NCBI GenBank assembly: GCA_963790795.1
Contig: CAWBPO010000001.1
Location: 268,073-332,072, forward strand
Direction of reading: 5' to 3'
Length of the DNA: 64,000 bases
Source of the DNA: an uncultured bacterium
Lineage (GTDB): Bacteria; Patescibacteriota; Minisyncoccia; Minisyncoccales; RBG-13-42-11
The translations under genes and the position numbers were made by a program. Every line of letters begins with the position of its first letter. Positions within the stretch are counted from its first letter, which is position 1. This document shows, one piece after another, positions 59,201 to 64,000 of this stretch. The notes beneath the pieces are model-generated. The model searched no databases and was not told the origin of the DNA. It was given only the letters and a program-made list of their open reading frames with translations.

Positions 59201-60385
59201 ATGCAAGAAATCAATCCTTCGACTTCGTTCAGGATTAATGGTGAGCGTAGTCGAACCATCAAGAACTTAAAGAAGGCAGCCAGCCGCATTTTAAAAGCAA
59301 TTCAAAAAAAAGAGAGAATTATTCTTTACGGAGATGCTGATTTAGACGGCACAACATCGGTCATTATCTTAAAAGAAACCATCAAGACTTTGGGCGGAAA
59401 TATTTCAGCTTTTTATTTCCCGGATAGAGAAACTGAAGGTTACGGCCTCACTGAAAAAGGCCTTGATTTTTTGAAAAAGGAATCTCCCGCCTTAATAATC
59501 GTTTTGGACTGCGGTATAGGTAACTTGAAGGAAGTGAAATTGGCGAAAAAAATTGGTTTCAAGGTTATTATTGTTGACCATCATGAAACTTTGGACAAAT
59601 TGCCTGAAGCTGAAATAATAGTTGACCCAAAGCAAAAAAGCGACAAATATCCTTTTAAAAAATTAGCTTGTGTCGGGATAGCTTTCAAGCTTTCGGAAGC
59701 CATACTTGGCAAGAAAATGACAGAAAGCCTAAGAAGGAACTTTTTAGAGATGACAGCCATTGCCACTGTCGCTGATATGATGCCGAAAGAATCGGAAAAC
59801 AAGATTTTTATTGAACAGGGACTTTCTTATTTGGAAAGCTCTTGGAGGCCAGGCATCAGAGCTTTTTTGGAATCGTTTAAAGAGTATTCGGACATCAATC
59901 AAAAAGTTTCCAAAATCATTTCAATTTTGAACATTAGGGACGTAAAAGAAAGTCTTCCAGCCAGCTTCAGACTGTTGACATGTTCTTCTCTAGAGAAAGC
60001 AGAGAAAATTATCGGGGAATTGTTGGAAAAATCAGAAGTGAGGAGAGAAAAAATGGAAGAAATGATGGCTGAAGTGGAAAAAAGATTAACGGAAAAAGAA
60101 GAATCGATAATTTTTGAAGGCGATACAATCTTTGAATTGACGCTTATCAGCTCAATTGCTTCGATACTCTGCCGCAAATATCTCAAGCCAGTTTTCCTTT
60201 ATAAAAAGATGGAAAAAGAAAGCCAGGGCACGGTCAGAACGCCAAAAGAAACAAACGGAGTTTCTTTGATGAGGAATTGTTCAGAGCTTTTGCTGACTTT
60301 TGGCGGACATGCTCAGGCAGCCGGTTTCAGGGTAAAAAATGAAAACTTGGAAAAATTTAAAAGTTGTTTAATTAGAAATATATGA
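59201..60385 (+). CDS. DHH/DHHA1 phosphoesterase, RecJ-core-like single-stranded-DNA exonuclease or nanoRNase
   Basis: DHH motifs ILYGDADLDGTTS, VLDCG and IIVDHH. DHHA1 motif FGGHAQAAGF. Shorter (394 aa) than canonical RecJ. Confidence 0.7.
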   Translation: MQEINPSTSFRINGERSRTIKNLKKAASRILKAIQKKERIILYGDADLDGTTSVIILKETIKTLGGNISAFYFPDRETEGYGLTEKGLDFLKKESPALIIVLDCGIGNLKEVKLAKKIGFKVIIVDHHETLDKLPEAEIIVDPKQKSDKYPFKKLACVGIAFKLSEAILGKKMTESLRRNFLEMTAIATVADMMPKESENKIFIEQGLSYLESSWRPGIRAFLESFKEYSDINQKVSKIISILNIRDVKESLPASFRLLTCSSLEKAEKIIGELLEKSEVRREKMEEMMAEVEKRLTEKEESIIFEGDTIFELTLISSIASILCRKYLKPVFLYKKMEKESQGTVRTPKETNGVSLMRNCSELLLTFGGHAQAAGFRVKNENLEKFKSCLIRNI

Positions 60386-60402
60386 ACCTTTGATATTCTT
60401 CT

Positions 60403-60825
60403 ATGAAAAAAATTGTCATTTATACTGACGGCGGTTCAAGAGGGAACCCCGGGCCATCAGCCATAGGAGTTGTTTTTTGCAACGAGAAAGGCCAGTATTT
60501 TAAAAAATATTCAGAGTATCTGGGCGATGATTTGACCAATAACGAAGCTGAATATCAGGCAGTGGTTTTCGCTTTGCAGAAATTCAGGGCTCTTTTCGGC
60601 AAAAAACTGGCAAAAAGCAGCGATGTTGAGATTAAATCTGATTCAGAGTTGATGATTAAACAATTAAAGGGGGAGTACAAGGTTTTAGAGCCGAATATTC
60701 AAACTCTCTTTTTAAAGGTTTGGAATTTAAAAATTGATTTTAAAAAGATAAAATTTTCTCTTATACCCAGAGAAAAAAACAAAGAGGCGGATGCTTTGGC
60801 CAATATGGCTTTGGACCAGAGATGA
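60403..60825 (+). CDS. ribonuclease HI-family protein
   Basis: IVIYTDGGSRGNPGPSAIGVVF, TNNEAEYQAVVFAL, KSDSELMIKQL and NKEADALAN, giving the D-E-D-D catalytic pattern. Confidence 0.8.
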   Translation: MKKIVIYTDGGSRGNPGPSAIGVVFCNEKGQYFKKYSEYLGDDLTNNEAEYQAVVFALQKFRALFGKKLAKSSDVEIKSDSELMIKQLKGEYKVLEPNIQTLFLKVWNLKIDFKKIKFSLIPREKNKEADALANMALDQR

Positions 60826-60829
60826 ATCA

Positions 60830-60855
60830 AAAAATCCGTTAATTAACGGATTTTT
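60830..60855. terminator. bidirectional terminator shared by the RNase HI gene (+) and rnpB (-)
   Basis: Perfect palindrome AAAAATCCGTTAATTAACGGATTTTT with A/T runs on both sides. Confidence 0.65.
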
Positions 60856-60861
60856 AAATAT

Positions 60862-61250
60862 CCCAGCAAGCTCGTAAGCCGAATTCTGTTTTAAGCGATC
60901 ATCTGTCTGGGCCCTTGATTGCTCTCAGGCTCGAGCGAACTACTTTTCACCCCTATAAGATAGTGATTTATCTCATTGGGATTTGTTCTTGCACCCAGTA
61001 AGGATTTAGCCGTTTCACCCCTGCATTGCTGCAGGACTTTCCCGTGGTTTTACGGGCTGCTCAACCTTTCGGTTCAGCTCGTCTCTGTTCGCACCTCTCC
61101 GAGCACATAATCAAATTATGTGCTGCGGGACGGCTGTTAGCCGCTACTTTTTTATCGAGCACATAATTTAATTATGTGCTACGAGAGTGTTCGGACTTTC
61201 CTCTGAACATATAAAGTTTTATAGGTTCAGCGATCACTCGGCTTGCTAGG
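60862..61250 (-). ncRNA. rnpB: RNase P RNA (bacterial type)
   Basis: Minus strand carries CR-I GAGGAAAGUCCGAAC (complement of 61189..61205) and CR-V ACAGAAUUCGGCUUACG (complement of 60873..60890). P1 forms between CCUAGCAAGCCGAG (5') and CGAGCUUGCUGGG (3'). GGGGUGAAA motifs are present. Length ~390 nt. Confidence 0.85.
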
Positions 61251-61315
61251 ATATTATAATTCTAGCAGAATTGAAAACTTTGTCAAATCTGAAAATTGAG
61301 GTAAAATAATTCATA

Positions 61316-62956
61316 ATGTTTAAAAAATTGTTTAAGTCGCAAACTAAAACCTTGACTTTCGCCGCCATTTTATTAGGAGCGTCGGCTTTGGTCAGCCGGC
61401 TTTTGGGATTGATTAGGGACCGCTTGCTGGCTGGAACCTTCGGAGCAGGAGAAGAACTTGATATTTATTTTGCCGCTTTCAGGATTCCTGACTTTGTTTA
61501 CGGAATTCTGATTACTGGCGGTATTGCCGCTGTTTTTCTTCCTGTTTTTTCGGAATACTTTAAGAAAAACGAGGAAGAGGCCTGGCAATTTTCCAGCAAT
61601 CTTTTCAATTGTTTTTTGATTCTGCTTGTTTTTCTTTGCGCCATTTTGGCTGTTTTTACGCCTTGGCTTATTGATTTGATTGCTCCGGGATTTTCTTTTA
61701 CCAGTAAGAACTTGGCTGTTGCTTTGACCAGGATAATGTTTATTTCTCCTGTGTTTTTCGGCTTGGCCAGTATTTTTTCAGGAGTGCTTCATTATTTCAA
61801 CCGGTTTCTGGTTTACTCTCTAGCTCCTGTCATATATAATCTTGGCATAATATTCGGTATTTTGTTTTTGGTGCCCAGATTCGGCCTTTATGGATTGGCT
61901 TATGGAGTTATCTTGGGAGCTTTATTTTATTGGCTGATTCAGGTGCCGGCAGCCAAGGATTCAGGATACAAGTATCTGGCTTTTTTTGATTTTAAAAATT
62001 CAGGATTGATTAAGGTTTTCAAACTGATGGTTCCCAGGACAATCGGAGCGGCTGCCTATCATATCAATTTAATAGTCATTACTGCCATTGCTTCAACGCT
62101 GGCTGCCGGTTCCATCGCCATTTTTAACTTTGCCAACAATCTTCAGTATTTCCCGATCGGCCTTATCGGAATTTCTTTTTCAGTGGCTGCTTTTCCTTTG
62201 TTGTCCAAGAATTGGGCTTTTGATTTGAAAGAAGAGTTTTTTAAAGTTTTTTCTTCAACTTTCCGCCAGATTCTTTTTCTAATAATTCCAATCTCTCTTT
62301 TGGTTTTCATATTCAGGAGCGAAATCGTTCGAATTGTTCTGCAAACAGGTCAATTCGGCGGTTTTGAGACAAGATTGACTTCAGCCTGTCTTGGTATTTT
62401 TTGTTTGAGCATTGCCGCTTTTTCCTTTGTTCCTTTCCTGGCCCGCGTTTTCTATTCTTTCCAGGATACAAAAACTCCGGTGCTCATCGGCTTGGCTTCC
62501 ATGGCTTTTAACATTGCTCTTTGTTATTTTTTCAACTTTATTCTGGGATTTTCAAACTTTTTCCAGCAATTTATGGTAAACATATTGGGACTTCAGCGGA
62601 TTGAAGATGTCAGGGTGATCGGTCTGCCTTTGGCCTTGTCTGTTTCCGGCATTTTCCAGTTTTTTTTCCTTTTGTTTTTTCTTAAAAGAAAGCTCAATGG
62701 TTTGGTTAACGGAGAAATCTTGCAGTCTTTCTGGAAAATTGCAATATCAAGCGTTTTAATGTCTGTTTTTGTCTGCCTGTCTTTTTCTTTTATCGGTGCT
62801 TTTTTTGATTTTCAAACTGATTTCAGCGTTTTGATTCAAACAACAATAGCTGTTATTATCGGCGCTGTCGTCTATATCTTTATTAATATTTTGCTCAAAT
62901 CTCCAGAAGTTAAAACTATTTGGTCTGCGATAGAAGAGCAGTTCAAAAGAAATTAA
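61316..62956 (+). CDS. murJ: lipid II flippase MurJ (MviN)
   Basis: LGASALVSRLLGLIRDRLLAGTFGAGEELDIYFAAFRIPDFVYGIL, and 14 TM segments. Confidence 0.85.
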   Translation: MFKKLFKSQTKTLTFAAILLGASALVSRLLGLIRDRLLAGTFGAGEELDIYFAAFRIPDFVYGILITGGIAAVFLPVFSEYFKKNEEEAWQFSSNLFNCFLILLVFLCAILAVFTPWLIDLIAPGFSFTSKNLAVALTRIMFISPVFFGLASIFSGVLHYFNRFLVYSLAPVIYNLGIIFGILFLVPRFGLYGLAYGVILGALFYWLIQVPAAKDSGYKYLAFFDFKNSGLIKVFKLMVPRTIGAAAYHINLIVITAIASTLAAGSIAIFNFANNLQYFPIGLIGISFSVAAFPLLSKNWAFDLKEEFFKVFSSTFRQILFLIIPISLLVFIFRSEIVRIVLQTGQFGGFETRLTSACLGIFCLSIAAFSFVPFLARVFYSFQDTKTPVLIGLASMAFNIALCYFFNFILGFSNFFQQFMVNILGLQRIEDVRVIGLPLALSVSGIFQFFFLLFFLKRKLNGLVNGEILQSFWKIAISSVLMSVFVCLSFSFIGAFFDFQTDFSVLIQTTIAVIIGAVVYIFINILLKSPEVKTIWSAIEEQFKRN

Positions 62957-64000
62957 TGGAAAATATACGCAACTTCTGCATAATTAGTCATGTTGACCAT
63001 GGTAAATCAACTTTGGCTGACAGGTTTCTTGAATTGACAAACACAGTTCCCAAAGCAAAGATGAGGGAGCAGTTTTTGGATTCAATGGACTTGGAGAGGG
63101 GAAGAGGTATTACCATTAAAATGCATCCTGTCAGAATGGAGTATGTTCTTGATTCAAAGCCATATATCTTGAATTTGATAGACACGCCAGGCCACATTGA
63201 TTTCAATTACGAGGTTTCAAGAAGCTTGGCAGCGGTTGAAGGCGCTATTTTATTGGTTGACGCAACCAAAGGCGTTCAGGCTCAGACAATACACAATCTG
63301 GAATTAGCAAAAAAGCAGGGTTTAATAATCATTCCGGCAGTCAATAAAATTGATTCGCCTCAGGCAAGAATTGAAGAGGCAAAAGTTTCTCTGGCGCAAC
63401 TGCTGGAAATATCGGAAAATGAAGTTTTTCTTATTTCAGCTAAAAAGGGGACAAACGTTAAAGAACTTTTAGAAACTGTAATCAGGAAGCTTTCTTCTCC
63501 TCAGGGAGATGTTGATAATCCTTTTCGGGCTTTGATTTTTGATTCCAAATACGACCCATATAAAGGAATTGTCGCTTATTTGAGAGTTCTTGACGGTAAA
63601 ATATCAGCCAATGAAAAGATATATTTGATTCAAAGCAAGGTTAAAGGCGAAGTTAAGGAACTTGGCTATTTTAAGCCTGAGTTTTCTCCGGTGAAAGAAT
63701 TAAAAAGCGGAGAAATAGGTTATTTGGCTACTGGAATCAAGGAGCCCGGCAAAGTAAGAGTGGGAGACACAATTTCAAACATTTTTAATATTAAGCCTTT
63801 GCCAGGATACAAAGAGCCAAAGCCTGTTGTTTTCGCTTCCTTCTATCCTGAGAATCCTGATGTTTTTGACAATTTGAAAGAAGCTTTGTCCAAATTAAAG
63901 CTTAACGATTCTTCTTTCACTTTTGAGCCGGAAACAAAGGAAGCTTTGGGCAGGGGGTTCAGCTGCGGATTCTTGGGCTCTTTGCACGTTGAAATCGTTT
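62956..64000 (+). CDS. lepA: translation elongation factor 4 (LepA), N-terminal ~348 aa; continues past the right edge
   Basis: ATG 62956 overlaps the murJ stop (TAATG). MENIRNFCIISHVDHGKSTLADRFLE...LDSMDLERGRGITIK...NLIDTPGHIDF...NKIDSP. Absent from the ORF track because no stop lies in the window. Confidence 0.9.
   Translation, partial: MENIRNFCIISHVDHGKSTLADRFLELTNTVPKAKMREQFLDSMDLERGRGITIKMHPVRMEYVLDSKPYILNLIDTPGHIDFNYEVSRSLAAVEGAILLVDATKGVQAQTIHNLELAKKQGLIIIPAVNKIDSPQARIEEAKVSLAQLLEISENEVFLISAKKGTNVKELLETVIRKLSSPQGDVDNPFRALIFDSKYDPYKGIVAYLRVLDGKISANEKIYLIQSKVKGEVKELGYFKPEFSPVKELKSGEIGYLATGIKEPGKVRVGDTISNIFNIKPLPGYKEPKPVVFASFYPENPDVFDNLKEALSKLKLNDSSFTFEPETKEALGRGFSCGFLGSLHVEIV

Noticed and set aside
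1-64000. Alternative genetic code (UGA=Gly or Trp), as in some uncultivated lineages.
   Set aside because: Long ORFs with good family motifs are obtained with the standard code, and several well-defined genes end in TGA at the expected length (e.g. 12419..12421, 40735..40737, 60823..60825).
1-64000. Search for tRNA, rRNA, tmRNA, SRP RNA, transposases and integrases.
   Set aside because: No T-arm GGTTCGAATCC-like or other tRNA signature, no rRNA-like conserved block, no SRP GGAA/AGCAGCC apical motif and no transposase/integrase-like ORF were recognised. Only rnpB is confidently identified.

Overview
AT-rich window with tightly packed genes, almost all on the plus strand. Exceptions are two minus-strand CDSs, a minus-strand RNase P RNA and one candidate minus-strand sRNA. 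Start codons mostly lack Shine-Dalgarno sequences, many neighbouring genes overlap at start/stop, and the standard genetic code fits. Gene content suggests a Candidate Phyla Radiation / Patescibacteria (Parcubacteria-like) chromosome; this is inference only. Supporting features are coiled-coil plus peptidoglycan-binding surface proteins, Wzy_C-TPR membrane proteins, a sigma-region-4/HARE-HTH protein and an RPVYCKTC zinc-ribbon tail. Layout: (1) 0.3-2.2 kb holds a DeoR-like regulator, an ECF sigma factor and a membrane-anchored partner. (2) 2.3-10.6 kb holds three secreted cell-surface proteins and an O-antigen-ligase-like/TPR protein; one surface protein has three near-identical 339-bp Calx-beta repeats. 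(3) 10.7-12.4 kb is a small accessory patch with an AbiEii-type pair, a small membrane protein and an HTH gene behind a long structured leader. (4) 12.4-44.8 kb is a ~32-kb glycan biosynthesis island. It encodes a complete GDP-D-glycero-alpha-D-manno-heptose pathway, a heptose-tailoring enzyme set, three two-subunit ThDP enzymes, a B12-radical-SAM enzyme, two aldo/keto-reductases with an unusual C-terminal extension, a putative cobalamin-uptake pair, a PglF/PglE/PglC-like initiation arm, a Wzx flippase and a second Wzy_C-TPR protein. (5) 45-64 kb is housekeeping: frameshifted murB, speH-speE behind a complex leader, secA, NUDIX, secDF, a VirD4/TraD-like ATPase with a membrane partner, pgk, a recJ-like gene, RNase HI, rnpB, murJ and partial lepA. 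Most notable for follow-up: the AKR::ParB/Srx-like fusions, the ThDP enzyme trio in a heptose locus, a family of GC-rich hairpin mini-elements inserted in-frame in unrelated genes, several promoter/terminator-delimited or riboswitch-like RNA candidates, and a 16-nt exact repeat shared by two RNase P RNA hairpins and the speH leader. No tRNA, rRNA, CRISPR array, transposase or integrase was recognised.
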